A stretch of 64,000 bases of DNA from Amoebophrya sp. A120 (Eukaryota; Protista; Dinoflagellata). Location: positions 7,563,820 through 7,627,819 of the forward strand of contig CAJINV010000004.1 in assembly GCA_905178155.1 (NCBI GenBank). The letters are read 5' to 3'. Position numbers and translations under genes: made by a program. Below are positions 21,062 to 32,144 of the stretch, piece by piece. The notes below the pieces were generated by a model, which was not told the origin of the DNA, made no database searches, and saw nothing but the letters and a program-made list of their open reading frames with translations. The first letter of the stretch is position 1, and each line of letters opens with the position of its first letter.

Positions 21062-23389
21062 CTACGAGCATTTTTCGGCCTTCTCTGGCTCCTGCAGCTC
21101 CTCCTGTGGCTGCTTCCTCGCGCTCGCCTGTGAAGATGAATTCCCCGCCAACAAACAGCTGTTGTGCAGTATCCAAGCGTCGTTCGAGGTCGCGTGGTCT
21201 CGTTTGAACAAACGGAAAATGCGGGGAAGGAAGGTCGAACCGGTATCCAAGTCGTTCGGGGACAGGAGGGTGAGCTCGACGTAGTTTTTACTACTTTGGT
21301 GCGCCAGCTGCACGGGGGTGACGATCCTTGAAGTTGTGTCGCTTAATATTTCTTTGGCACAAGAACGATTTGTTGCCTGCTGCTGCTGCTGCGCAGGATG
21401 GACAAGTGTACTAGTTTGGAGCTCCGCGCAGCGTGTCGCTGTGATACTTTTGGACGGGTGATTCTTGTGGCTGCCCGTATAATTTTTTCCCGGTGTTGTG
21501 CTACTGGTTCTGGTGTTCCGTTTCGCGCATTTCGGAGCGCAGGAATTTCTCTCTGCTGGTACTTGCACCACAGCGTGTTCAACACCGTTTAGAACGCTCG
21601 CCGGCACCAGAAACTTCCCGGCCTGGAACGGGGCGTGGCACACCCGGGTCCCGAAAATTCTGGATAAGAGCTTGCCGGAACGGGGTACAGGGTCTTGGTT
21701 ATACACGTAGAAAAAGGAACCGGGAGGGGGACTTGTCGAAGGTGTCGGAGCTGATAGCGCTAGTACCTTCGGGGGAGAAGAAGTAGTATGATCTGTACTA
21801 CCGTTATCTCCACCACTAAAACCCCTGCTGTCAAAAGAACAGCAACTCTGCGGCCTCAACCTTTTCGCCAGAAAGGAATCACTTTTTTCGGCGAAAGATG
21901 CTTGTAGCATCGAATTCTGCAACTCCCAATGCCTTTCATCGAACTTCTTCTTCATCAAAAAACTCCGACAAGCGCGGCCGAACTGCCTTGCTTTCGACAT
22001 CCCGTGCGTGTTGAACGACAAAGGTGGTACGGAACCCAGGATGAGGCTGGTAATTTTGTCTGCAGAATTTTTGCCAATTTTTGCCGTGCCGTCAAAATCC
22101 TTCACATTTTCGCGAAACACCCCTTCCAGCGCTTGTGCCGCGTGTAGAAAATCCAGTCCGATGGTGTCGTTCTCGGCTTCCAACCGGGATTCCAAGTTCG
22201 GACCGCCGAGGAGGTGGAGGTGCTGTTGATCGACGCTAGGGGCCTTAATAATATCTGCCTTTTCGTGATGTGGCACCACGACGTCCCGCAACGACGTCAT
22301 AAGTTCCGACACGTTGCAGAATAAGTGCGCCAGCGTCGCGACGCCGCCGCCCAAACTGAAGCCCGCGATGATCACATGGTCGAATTGGGCGCCCTGTAAA
22401 TGTTCTTGCCGAAAATTGAACAGCTTTTCTCGCACGTTTTCGTTTTTCGCCCCCGACAGCATATCTCTCACCACAGCGGTGAACTTGAGCGCGAAGCCGG
22501 GCACGATGCCGAGGGTGTTTTCTTCGTCGGCAGTGGTGGTAGTTTTCTCACTGTTTGACAGAGGAATACCCTGCGGTTGCCGGTCTGTATTAGCGTCCGG
22601 AGGTGGTGAAAAAGAATCTTCAACTTCTACCGTGTTCTGGTTCTGTAGTTGCGCACAGGTGGACGTCGAAGAAAAGATTGTGCTGCAGTAGCTGCTGCTC
22701 CGGGTTTGGCATGAGAAAGGCGACGTCCTGACTTCATCTCCCGCGCTGTTCTTGTTCCCAACTGGCGTTCCCGGGGCAGAGTTGTGGTCGGAGGATGACG
22801 CGATGGTAGAGGAGTCTGACAGAACAGCGTCAACCACCAGTTCAGCTCCTTCATCACCTTGAATTTCTTTTTCAACCCCCGTCGTCGTCGAACTGGATTT
22901 TTTATTCACCTCCGACAAGAACGTCCTCCTGCTCGTCGTACCGGGATGAAGATCCTTCGTCGCACCGTCAACCTGATCCTGACCCCGACCCTCCTCGCCG
23001 ACCCGCAGAAAGCAGAAGCATTTTTTCCAGCCCATCATGTGGTCCAGCTCGTAATCCACCGGACTTGCGGACCCCCGAAAGACCACCCACAGACTTCCCG
23101 GGGCGTGTTTCGCGGAGTACCCCAGAAACCAACCGTCGCCCGCAAACTGCGGCTTGCTGTGGCGGATGGGCACATTGGAGGCGATTTCCTGGATATCTTC
23201 CCCCGGAAAGCCGGAGAACGCGCGGTCGGGACAGCCGTGTCGGGTCAAATAGGTGCTGATATTCGCGGCCAGACGGATCAGGTCGGGAGACGGGGTGGAG
23301 ACCTGGTTCGTTTTATCTTGGGTCTGGTCGTACATTTTTGTAATGTAGTTCTTCGGGTCCAGGCTTATTTTCTGAGAGGAGGAGGTCAT
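21062..23389 (-). CDS. Class 3 lipase-family alpha/beta hydrolase (775 aa), intronless
   Basis: VVFRGS motif, nucleophile elbow IIAGFSLGGGVA, DPVP motif; low-complexity inserts. Confidence 0.8.
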   Translation of the reverse strand: MTSSSQKISLDPKNYITKMYDQTQDKTNQVSTPSPDLIRLAANISTYLTRHGCPDRAFSGFPGEDIQEIASNVPIRHSKPQFAGDGWFLGYSAKHAPGSLWVVFRGSASPVDYELDHMMGWKKCFCFLRVGEEGRGQDQVDGATKDLHPGTTSRRTFLSEVNKKSSSTTTGVEKEIQGDEGAELVVDAVLSDSSTIASSSDHNSAPGTPVGNKNSAGDEVRTSPFSCQTRSSSYCSTIFSSTSTCAQLQNQNTVEVEDSFSPPPDANTDRQPQGIPLSNSEKTTTTADEENTLGIVPGFALKFTAVVRDMLSGAKNENVREKLFNFRQEHLQGAQFDHVIIAGFSLGGGVATLAHLFCNVSELMTSLRDVVVPHHEKADIIKAPSVDQQHLHLLGGPNLESRLEAENDTIGLDFLHAAQALEGVFRENVKDFDGTAKIGKNSADKITSLILGSVPPLSFNTHGMSKARQFGRACRSFLMKKKFDERHWELQNSMLQASFAEKSDSFLAKRLRPQSCCSFDSRGFSGGDNGSTDHTTSSPPKVLALSAPTPSTSPPPGSFFYVYNQDPVPRSGKLLSRIFGTRVCHAPFQAGKFLVPASVLNGVEHAVVQVPAERNSCAPKCAKRNTRTSSTTPGKNYTGSHKNHPSKSITATRCAELQTSTLVHPAQQQQQATNRSCAKEILSDTTSRIVTPVQLAHQSSKNYVELTLLSPNDLDTGSTFLPRIFRLFKRDHATSNDAWILHNSCLLAGNSSSQASARKQPQEELQEPEKAEKCS

Positions 23390-23940
23390 GGCTTATTTTT
23401 GGTTCCGGGAGAATGTTCGTGTTCCATAAATATACGTAAATACGGTGGTTGGCTGGATGATAAAAAAGTGCTGGAATACTACACTCTTTGCTGTTTTTCA
23501 TCGGTCCTTCATCATTTTTTCATGTTTTTCTTTGATTTTGTGTATAAATCACAGCGTCCTGACGCAGAACGACGACCTATGCTATTCGTGAAAAATTCAG
23601 AATTATTTCTTCACGAAAGGGAAGCGATCTCCTTCTGTTTGTTCGCAACGCGATTCATCAACATCGTAGTAGTTCGTATAGTCACAGAACGCCGCAAGAT
23701 TAGGCGTGGTGATCTTCTAGTACTTCTGAACCATTTGCATTTTCAATTTTTCAACAAATCGGGATCTTCAAGATCAAGTCGTCGACACGACATGATTGCA
23801 GCATAGTCATAGTGTTGCTCGGAGTAGTACCTCCCCGAACACTGCATCCCATGCGAACTTGAAAATGCCGTGGATGCGGCCCAAATTTTTGCAATTTTCT
23901 TGCGATGAAGATAAATGGCGGGTATTCACTGTCACTTGCG

Positions 23941-26900
23941 TCAGACCTTTGTTCGCTTCAGTGCTCGCTGTTCATCCTGTTGGTGTTGGCCAGATCCAGA
24001 TGTCCACCTTCTGTGCGCAGTTCCTTCTTTGTTTTCTCCTTCATTTCCGTCTGTCACGACGACGAGATCAGCGGATTTTCTTCTTCCCGCAGGATCTTCT
24101 ACTTTCGGGGCGGGATGGGCAGGGTCAACATCTTCCCTTTGATAATCGCGGTCCATCTTCGTTTTATTGTTCCCACCACTCGTCGTCGTGCTCTTGCTAT
24201 ATTTCGTGAACAAATACAGCGTCCGTCGCAACGCCGGAAACCGGTCTTTGTGTATCACCTGCACGTTGCCAAACCGGCCGTTCTGACAGAGCAGCTGACG
24301 GAAATTTTCCGGTCGGTGCTTCAATTCCAGCACGTTCTGCTGCATAAAATCGGACGCGTGCTTCCGCTTCCGGTGCTGAGACTTCTCATTGTATTTATTT
24401 TCCCCCGCAGCGCCGGTCGTCGTACTTCTCCCCCCCTGCTTTGGATCGGGCGTCGCGTACTCCTGCCACGGGTGGTACTCGAGAATTAAGACGCCGTTGG
24501 GTTTCAAGACTTCCCAACACCGGTCGAAGAGCAATTCTATCCCCCTGTCCCCACAATTCATGTGGATCCATTTTGTGACGGAGAAAAGCAGCACCGTATC
24601 GAACAAGTTCGTTTCCACTTTCGTGGTCGTCGTGTGGAGAGCACGTGGTGAATGAAAATGTTTCGACAAAGTAGGTCCTGATTGGTAGTTTTTTCCAGTT
24701 GGTGTAGTTGGGGGTCGTTGCAGGAGGTTCTGCGCTCCTTGCTCAGCCGGAACGCCTGCTGCGGTGCTGTTGCGGAACAAATCATTCCGTGGACCACTTC
24801 TGGGGGTGCCTGGTGTTTGTCCAGCCCGACCTTGTTGCGGCGTTCGCGGAGTTCGGTTCCCTTCAACAGGAGGTTGAACGTTCTTTACTGCACTACCACC
24901 GCCAACACTAGCCCTAGCAGGATGTTGAACTAGAGCATCAGCTGCGCCAGCACTTTGTTGATCTGCAAAGCGAGGGGAAAGTCGCTGCATGGTCGCGTTC
25001 CCACGACCGCCCACTCGTCCTTCACCCGACTGTCGCTGCGCCCGGACAACGGTCGTCCGCGTCGCCAGGGCCTGGGCAAAGACGAGACTGCGTGGGGCGA
25101 GAAAATCTTCGGTAGAAAATTGCAGGTTGTAGGGGAAGTCAAAGTCCGATTTTTTCCGAATCAGCGGGGGCTCCTCTCGCATCAAGTACGGCTTGGTGAC
25201 GTAGGGAATCACACTGCGATTCTGCACCAGAACATCTGCGAACTGGGTTGCGTCCTCCCGCGCAGAAGGCGTGTGGAAGGGAACAAGGTGCGTTGCAGTA
25301 GAAGTAAAACGGATTGTGCTATTCTTGTTTGTTTTCGGTCGCCGTCCAGTGGAAGAGGACGACGTCGCACCACCTCCAGTAGAAGAACTAGCTGCACCTC
25401 CCGCAGCACCTCCAATGGCTTGTGCAAAGGCCTCCTCTATCTGCTTCCGCGCGGCAGCGAGCTGCTGTGCCGTGGCAGCGACGGCAGACGGCTGACCCGA
25501 TGTTAGTAAATCAACATCTCCAGCGGATTTGTTGTCTGCGTTCTCCGGAGGTTCTGGTGGCACGTACCTCACCGACGCGATGGTTGGAATTTCGATTAGA
25601 GGCGGAGGCGCAGCTGGAGCTGGAGGTGATGCTGGTGCTGATACAGTGTTCTTTTGCCGCTGGTCTTCTGCATGATCATGATCAAGTGGCTCACCATCTT
25701 CATCATTAGCTCCAACTACTTCCATTTTGTTGTCCCTGACGGAAAACAAATCCACACTCTGGTTCGCCTCAGGATGGTTGAAAAACTCCACGCCGTCGGC
25801 TTTGATTTTCCGCAAGTGCTTCAGAGCGATTTTTGTGCAGTTCATGTCCACGTCCACCCCCACAACTATGGAGCTCTCAAACGTTCCATTCACAACTGTT
25901 ACACGAATTTGTCATGCAAGACTACCTGAAGACGCCAGGTGATCACGCTGCTTCGCATGACAAATCTCCGAGAGGCTAAACAGCATCGAAATCTGTGCCA
26001 AATCTGTGATGCGAAAGCAGCAAGCTTGCCCCTTTGACTGATGCTGTTCTTCCATTACAAATTCGTGTAACACTTGAGAATGTAACTGATTTGAGAACGC
26101 CATAACAACCTGCTTGGCGTTGCAGAAAGCGGACAGTGCGAACGCAACCGTCCCGGTGTTGCAGCCAATATCGAGAACTTTTTTGCCGAAAAACACGTCG
26201 CCCGTGTAATGGGTCGTTGTCGGAAGCTGGAGGTATTTCAGGAGAACTAGAATCCGCACATCGATCGTCTGGAACCGATCCCGCCGATGCTTGTAGTTCG
26301 TGTCGAAGTTGCCATAGCAAAACATCTATGCATTGCAAAAATATCGCACTCGTAGTAATCGCAGTCATGCATTACAAATTTTTTTCTCAAGGTCAAGGCC
26401 AAGGGAAATCCGCATTACAAATTTTCTTTCTGACGCTGAGGAAATTTGTAATGCATTTATACGAGTACGATACTTTTGCAGTTCATAACATCTTCTTCGT
26501 GTCGCGCGTAATCTCCTTGGTGGCCAGGGGCTTACTTTTCTTTTGCTTGTTCTGACCAGCTGCACCTGGTCGCGCACCGCGACCTGCTTTATTTTCACCA
26601 GCTCCACCAGCATATCCTGAGTAAAAACGTACCCACACCAGAGTCAGGATGGGGATTTTGCAACACAAACCTAGGAGTTTTGTGAGTCACGCATGACAAG
26701 TTTCAGTCCGTAAGGTAGTGCAAGTTAGCAAGGAAAGCCGCATCACAAATCGACCTTCTGATCCTGTTTACAGCATTACAAGCTCCCAAACACGATTGAA
26801 AATGCCTGTCATGGGGTTGCGCATCACAAATGTTCCTGTCATGGCAAATCTGCATGACAACTCTGGGGTGGGTACGTTTTTACTCAGGATACAGCACCCA

Positions 26901-27171
26901 GCATGTTCATTTCCTCCAACGCCGTCAGAGACAGCGGGCCTGCGTACTTCGCGGCATTTAGAGGAAACAACACCGCAGGATCTGTGAGTGCCAGGTCTGC
27001 GGTTCGTTTCTTCCCTTTTTTCCGCTTCCGGGCGAATGTGTTCCCAATGCCGGGGATGACGTACTTGGTTTCTGTGGTAGAATTACACCTACGACGCCCA
27101 GGTGTTTCCTCCGGCCGAAATACTTGGGCAGAACTATTATAAAACTTTTGCTTGCGGGCCGCGCGCCACAT
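23941..27171 (-). CDS. MEPCE: Bin3/MePCE-family RNA methylphosphate capping methyltransferase (~845 aa), at least 4 exons
   Basis: Spliced ORF has YGNF..Y, KKVLDIGCNTG, V|GVDVD and FSVTKWIHMNCGDRGI..LF..LKPNGVLILEYHPW..Y, typical of Bin3. The 5' end is uncertain. Confidence 0.85.
25867..26104. mobile_element. Introner family D (238 bp)
   Basis: TATGG.G(C/T)TCTCAAA TIR; DR acaac; join KQVV|GVDVD inside the SAM-binding region. Confidence 0.9.
26327..26487. mobile_element. Introner family B (161 bp)
   Basis: TIRs; DR acatc; join TKKM|FCYG. Confidence 0.9.
26613..26891. mobile_element. Introner family G (279 bp)
   Basis: 31/32-bp TIR TATCCTGAGTAAAAACGTACCCAC(A/C)CCAGAGT; DR cagca; join MLGA|GGAG. 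Confidence 0.9.
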
Positions 27172-27663
27172 GCTGGCGCCCTTCTTTTGGTTGCCCCATG
27201 CCCTGTCGCTGCCCCACCGCGCTTCCCGTTGCCCGGGTGGCGCGCTAGGTAAGAGGCTGCGCCCCCGGCGCGTTGCTGGGCGCGGCCCTTTCCAACATCA
27301 AGAAAAAAACACAGCGAGGGCGAAAGGGCGCGCGGAGTTTCGTCGCCATTTGTTGCTGTAGTAGAGGACTGCGCGGCGCGTTAAAGCAGTGGGCCCACTT
27401 GGGGCGTGGCATAGGCAGAAGGAAAAACGCTGCCAGATTGTAATGCGGCACGCATGCCGCGCCGGCGGCACTACGGCGCCCCGTGTGTCACATGCCCCCA
27501 ACTTCGCGGCGCCGTAAGCTGCTTCCGCTTCGGAGGCGGCGCTAGGAAAGATGCGGCCAGATACCCAGGCGGCACGCGCGCAGCGCCGGTGGTACTGCGG
27601 CCCCCCATGTGTCACATGCGCCGCGCCGCCTTCCAACTTCGCGGCGCCGCGAATTTGGTGCCC

Positions 27664-28295
27664 AGAATACCATGCGGCACGCGCGCAGCCCCGGGGGCAT
27701 GGCAACACACAAATGGCCAAAATTGGCCTTCTTTGTCTCTTTTTGACCCGGCCGACTGGCCGAATCCCCACGGTATGGCCCAACTTCCCGTGCCAAAGTC
27801 TGAGGTCCGGCCGCCTCGCCAAAGTCAGACGCAAGACTTTCAAAAGACTTCGAAAAGACTTTGAAAAGACTTTGGAAAAGACTTCGAAAAGACTTTGAAA
27901 AGACTTTGGAAAAGACTTTGGAAAAGACTTCGAAAAGACTTCGAAAAGACTTCGAAAAGACTTTGAAAAGACTTTGAAAAGACTTTGAAAAGACTTTGAA
28001 AAGCGCTCCTGTTTTTGCATGGCCAAAATTGGCCATACCATAGGGCGAAGCTTTCAAAAAGCGCGCACTTCCGGGCGCTTTTCCCAAAGTCTTTCCAAAG
28101 TTTTTTCAAAGTCTTTTGAGCAGGAAAACTCGCGACTTTTCTGGCCGCAGGCAGAATCGGGCCAGGGAATTGGCTGCGTTTTTAACACGTTCCCCGAGCG
28201 GATTCGGGCACTTTGGCCGTCCCGAACACCGCGCCATTTGGGCGAACCAACTCCCACCGTGCCCCCGGTGCGAGGCGCGTGCCGCATGGTATTCT
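27664..28295. repeat. Foldback/MITE-like segment with inverted arms
   Basis: Perfect 20-bp IR AGAATACCATGCGGCACGCG (27664-27683 vs 28276-28295), further CCGGGGGCA pairing inside, and TGGCCAAAATTGGCC on both sides of the minisatellite. Confidence 0.55.
27833..28003. repeat. Minisatellite, 15 x AAAAGACTT(CG/TG/TGG)
   Basis: Directly visible tandem 11-12 bp units. Confidence 0.95.
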
Positions 28296-28845
28296 CTACG
28301 CAATTTTTCCGTTTCATTCATACACGGCTTCCAAACGCAGCCACTTACAAACGGATCCCGCGGTGCCGGCCGCCCATAATGGGCGGCCGGACCCGGGGCC
28401 GGCCCCGTTTCGCGCCGTAACTGTGGCGCTTGATATTGCGAAAAGCCGCCAAGCGTAGCTGCAAAAAATTTCGCCAGACCACTGCCGCAGCCGTGCCATT
28501 TTTTTCGCCGAATTACTACCGGGCGACGCCTTTCTTTTTTTGGAAGGGGACAGGGGGACTTTGCGTGAAATGCTCCCCACCAAATGTGTGCGATTTCTGT
28601 CGCGCCCATGAAGCGCAGAGCAGTCCTTTTGCTATGAGGCCAAAGAGCAAAAAAAGAAAACCCAGACGCAGCCTCCTCCTGCTGCTTTTTTTTGGGTCTG
28701 CGCGTCGTTTCCGACTTTTTTTTTCCTGCCACATACTGCCAAGAGGCTATTTTTTTTTTTCCAAGCCGGCGGGCAACTTTCTGCATTTTTTTTTCATGTG
28801 GGCGACCAAGAAAATTTAAAATTTTCAAAGTTTTTTGAAAGTCCT

Positions 28846-30309
28846 TTAAAAGTATTGCGACGCCTGAATTTCACCCGCCGTCGTCGGGGTAATAGAAGCG
28901 ACACCAGCAACTGCTTGATGCCCGAGGACCCGGCGCTTGTTGTTGTTCCGCTGCTGCTCTACGACGACGTGTTTTTGTGTGTACTGCCAAAAGGGCGGCT
29001 TCCGCTTATTCCGCTGCTTGCGCGGGTTATTATTGTTCGCCGGCCCGGGCGATTGTGGCGGATCGGCGTTTTTATTGCCTTTAGCTCCTGGAGGTTCGGG
29101 TGGGCCTGGCTGGGCTTGTTGTCCACCGCCGTGGTGAACAGGAGCGTTTGCAGCTCCTGTCTGTGGTCGTACCAGGACCGCCGGTGTAGAAGTGGTCCCA
29201 ACTGGTCGCGCTTTGCCTTTCCCACCGCTGGCCCCTGGCGCTGGTGCTGTTATAGTTCCTGCCTTCCTTATAATTTCCTCGTTCCTAGTCGTCCCTGGAG
29301 AAACCATTGGAGGGCCAAACGAGCTCGGCGACGCACGGGGCCCGCGACGCCGGGGCGTCGGGAGTAGTTCTTGCTGCTCGTCTAGAAGTACAATTCGGTC
29401 TCCTGTACTTTCTGTTCTTTCAGGAGGAGCATCTCTAATATTGTCATCAGCCTTCCTTGCGGCAGCGACCTCGTCTACCGATCGGCCCGCCGGCGCAATA
29501 GTACGACCTGCATTTTTTGCTTCCCGGCGTCCCGTGCTTTCTTCCCGAGCTGTGGTTCCTCGCTCCGCGACTGGAATAACATATCTCGAGCTGGACGTTG
29601 AAGGTGACGGCGCGCCGGGTTGCTGATGCTGCACTGCTAGCGAAGATGATTTTTGTTGTTCCATCTTTAATATTCCCGGCCCTCTAGTAGAAGAACTAGT
29701 GCCTTTGTTCATCATCGTCTCGTCCGCCGCCGCCGCATCCGCAGCTCCTGGTCGCATGCTGTGCTGGCCGTGACGGCTTTGATGAAGTAGAACCTCCTCT
29801 CTACTAGTACTTTCCACTCTCGAAGAACCGGCTCTTCGATCCCCAACTTGAAGAAGCGACCCTCCGGTGGTCGTCCCGGGCTCCATCGAGATGGGCGTAG
29901 GAACAAGGAAGTACTTCTGCCCCCCTTGCCGAGGCGACGGCGACGGTGAAGCACCGGCAGTGACACCCGGAGGCGCTCGTGAGGAAGAAGACGCCGCCTG
30001 CCTTGTTCCACTTCTCGGTGCTGACGCCATGAAATCCGTCTGAATTGGGGAGGGCACGAGGCGCAACGCCGGTTGGTCGAACGAAGTTGTGGATACCCGT
30101 GGCGCTGCAGGTATAATTTTATTTGCGCTGCTTTTCGCCTGCTTCGCTGGAGGCTCCGGGTCGCGTGCAGCGGCATTTTCAGGGTTGTCCACATGTGGTC
30201 GTGAGGGTTTCGGCTTTGACTTATCTTGATCTTCCCCACCGGACGGGGAGGCCTTGGAAGGACCACGACCGCGGTCTTGTTCCGGAGGGTCGTCCCGACT
30301 GCGCTTCAT
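28846..30309 (-). CDS. Low-complexity hypothetical protein (~487 aa); possibly an upstream exon of the MePCE gene
   Basis: ORF from ATG 30309 (MKRSRDDPP), P/S/G/Q-rich like other genes here; possible donor GGTGAA near 28870. Confidence 0.6.
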   Translation of the reverse strand: MKRSRDDPPEQDRGRGPSKASPSGGEDQDKSKPKPSRPHVDNPENAAARDPEPPAKQAKSSANKIIPAAPRVSTTSFDQPALRLVPSPIQTDFMASAPRSGTRQAASSSSRAPPGVTAGASPSPSPRQGGQKYFLVPTPISMEPGTTTGGSLLQVGDRRAGSSRVESTSREEVLLHQSRHGQHSMRPGAADAAAADETMMNKGTSSSTRGPGILKMEQQKSSSLAVQHQQPGAPSPSTSSSRYVIPVAERGTTAREESTGRREAKNAGRTIAPAGRSVDEVAAARKADDNIRDAPPERTESTGDRIVLLDEQQELLPTPRRRGPRASPSSFGPPMVSPGTTRNEEIIRKAGTITAPAPGASGGKGKARPVGTTSTPAVLVRPQTGAANAPVHHGGGQQAQPGPPEPPGAKGNKNADPPQSPGPANNNNPRKQRNKRKPPFWQYTQKHVVVEQQRNNNKRRVLGHQAVAGVASITPTTAGEIQASQYF

Positions 30310-32144
30310 GGTTGCACTTTCAGTGATGTTTCGTGCTGCTGAAAACACTAAACCTTCTGGTGCGCAAAACAGTGACAACTTTGCTAGGAGGAGCCCGAGC
30401 TAGTACTAGTACTACATGGCCATACTATACAGCGATAGCGAACAACTCAGTCTCAATTCAAATGTCCACAAATAGTGACCGGTACGTGAAGGAGCGAAAA
30501 ATATGACTCATATTCGTTTCAAGAATCAAACAACACTAGCAACACATGAATCAGGTGAGCGGTGGAAAAACGTCCTCCGTGTTCGTACTTACTTTAAAAC
30601 GAAAGATCTGCTGTTCTTCCAACTAATCAGGAAGATCAACCGGACTTCGCTTTGCCGTTCAAAACATCCTCAAGCAGTGCCGTCCGCCGATCACAACACC
30701 CACGCGCCAAGTCAGTCAACAAATATCTTCAAAAAGGAGGCGATCAGGATCTCAAATGAAGTCGCCTTATAATTGCAACTTGAAGGAAAGTAAGGATCTT
30801 CTTTAGGCAGAGGCAGAGAGACGAAGGCACAGCAAGAAGAGCGCGCTGGCATCACTTCAAATCAGTATGGTGCTCTACAACTTGAACACAGTTTCATCAT
30901 ACAACCGACACCAGTAGGTCGGGTCGCGGTCGTTATTTTTTCCTTTGAAGCGGCGGCTCCGCATCCGCTGAATGAATACATGCCCGCGACACGGGGCTTT
31001 GCGAGGGGCGCCCCGAGGAAGCGCGCTGCCGGCCGAAGACGTGGCGCGGCGCCGGGCAAATGCACCCACACAGGCAGACACCCACGGGCGGTTGCCGGGC
31101 GAGCGGCGCGCATGGCCCGACAACCTGCCGCAGCAGCAGCAGGCGGGGTGCACATGAGATGGGACTCTCCCTGCGGGGCAAGCGTGGGGCGCCGCCCCAG
31201 GCCACGGAGGGGCCGGATCACCTGCAAACGCACTCCGGGCCGGGCGAGCTACAGGGGGCCGGCGCTGCCCACCGCGCCGGCCCGGGAGAAAGGGGGACCC
31301 GCGCGCGCCGGGGGCTCGCGGCAGGAGGCCGCCAGCCTAGCTTCGACGCCATGAAATTCCGCCGCGGTGCCGGAAGGTGGATCCCTGCCGGGCGTGCTCG
31401 ACCCGAGTTACGAGGTCCGTGGCGGGGCCTGGCCCGGGCGTGCTAGACACGAGTCCACGGCTCCCGGGGGTCGACGGAGTCCCGTTTGGGTTTCCGTCGA
31501 CGCGTTTACAGCTACCGTCGACGCGTTTACAGGTTGCCGCGCCGGGTTTGATGGCGCGCGCAGGAATACCATCTCGGGGTCGACATCGTCGGGGGTCCCT
31601 TCGAGAGACCCCCGAACGCGCGTGCACTGCTGCGGCATGACACGCCTTTCGTTCTTTCTTCGCCTGATTTGTTTGTATTTGTACTGAGTGCCGCAATATC
31701 AGTCTAGCTGTTCCGATTTTTCTCCGAAAGCAATGGCAGGCGCTCTAGGACACTGACGATCGACAAGAACCAAATCGCTGCTGACCTCTGTCTCTCTCAC
31801 TCTCTCTCTCTCTCGGGATGGCGACCGACGGTTGGTTGCCACGCTGCGTCGGCGAAGCAGAAGACGAATACGAAGTTTCAGCTTGTCTTGCTGCATTTTC
31901 TTTTCTGGCGTGTCGTTTCAGGCGGGGGCGATAACGGTTCGTGGCCCCAGCTTAAACACGCGAAAATCCTACCTTGTTGTCGACATTGCTAGAACACTAT
32001 AAAAAACAGCGGGAATTTCAGAGAACCGTGGCCGACCGTTTTCCAGCCAGCGGGCTCTCATAAAGAATTCGCGTGCGCAAGCCCACGAAACGCTGTTGCG
32101 CGCCATGTTCTTTCATACCGCTCTCGAAGATATAGTTCTTGCTA

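Noticed and set aside
27298-28109. ORFs with SKSFQSLFKVF repeats
   Set aside because: They result from the stop-free minisatellite.
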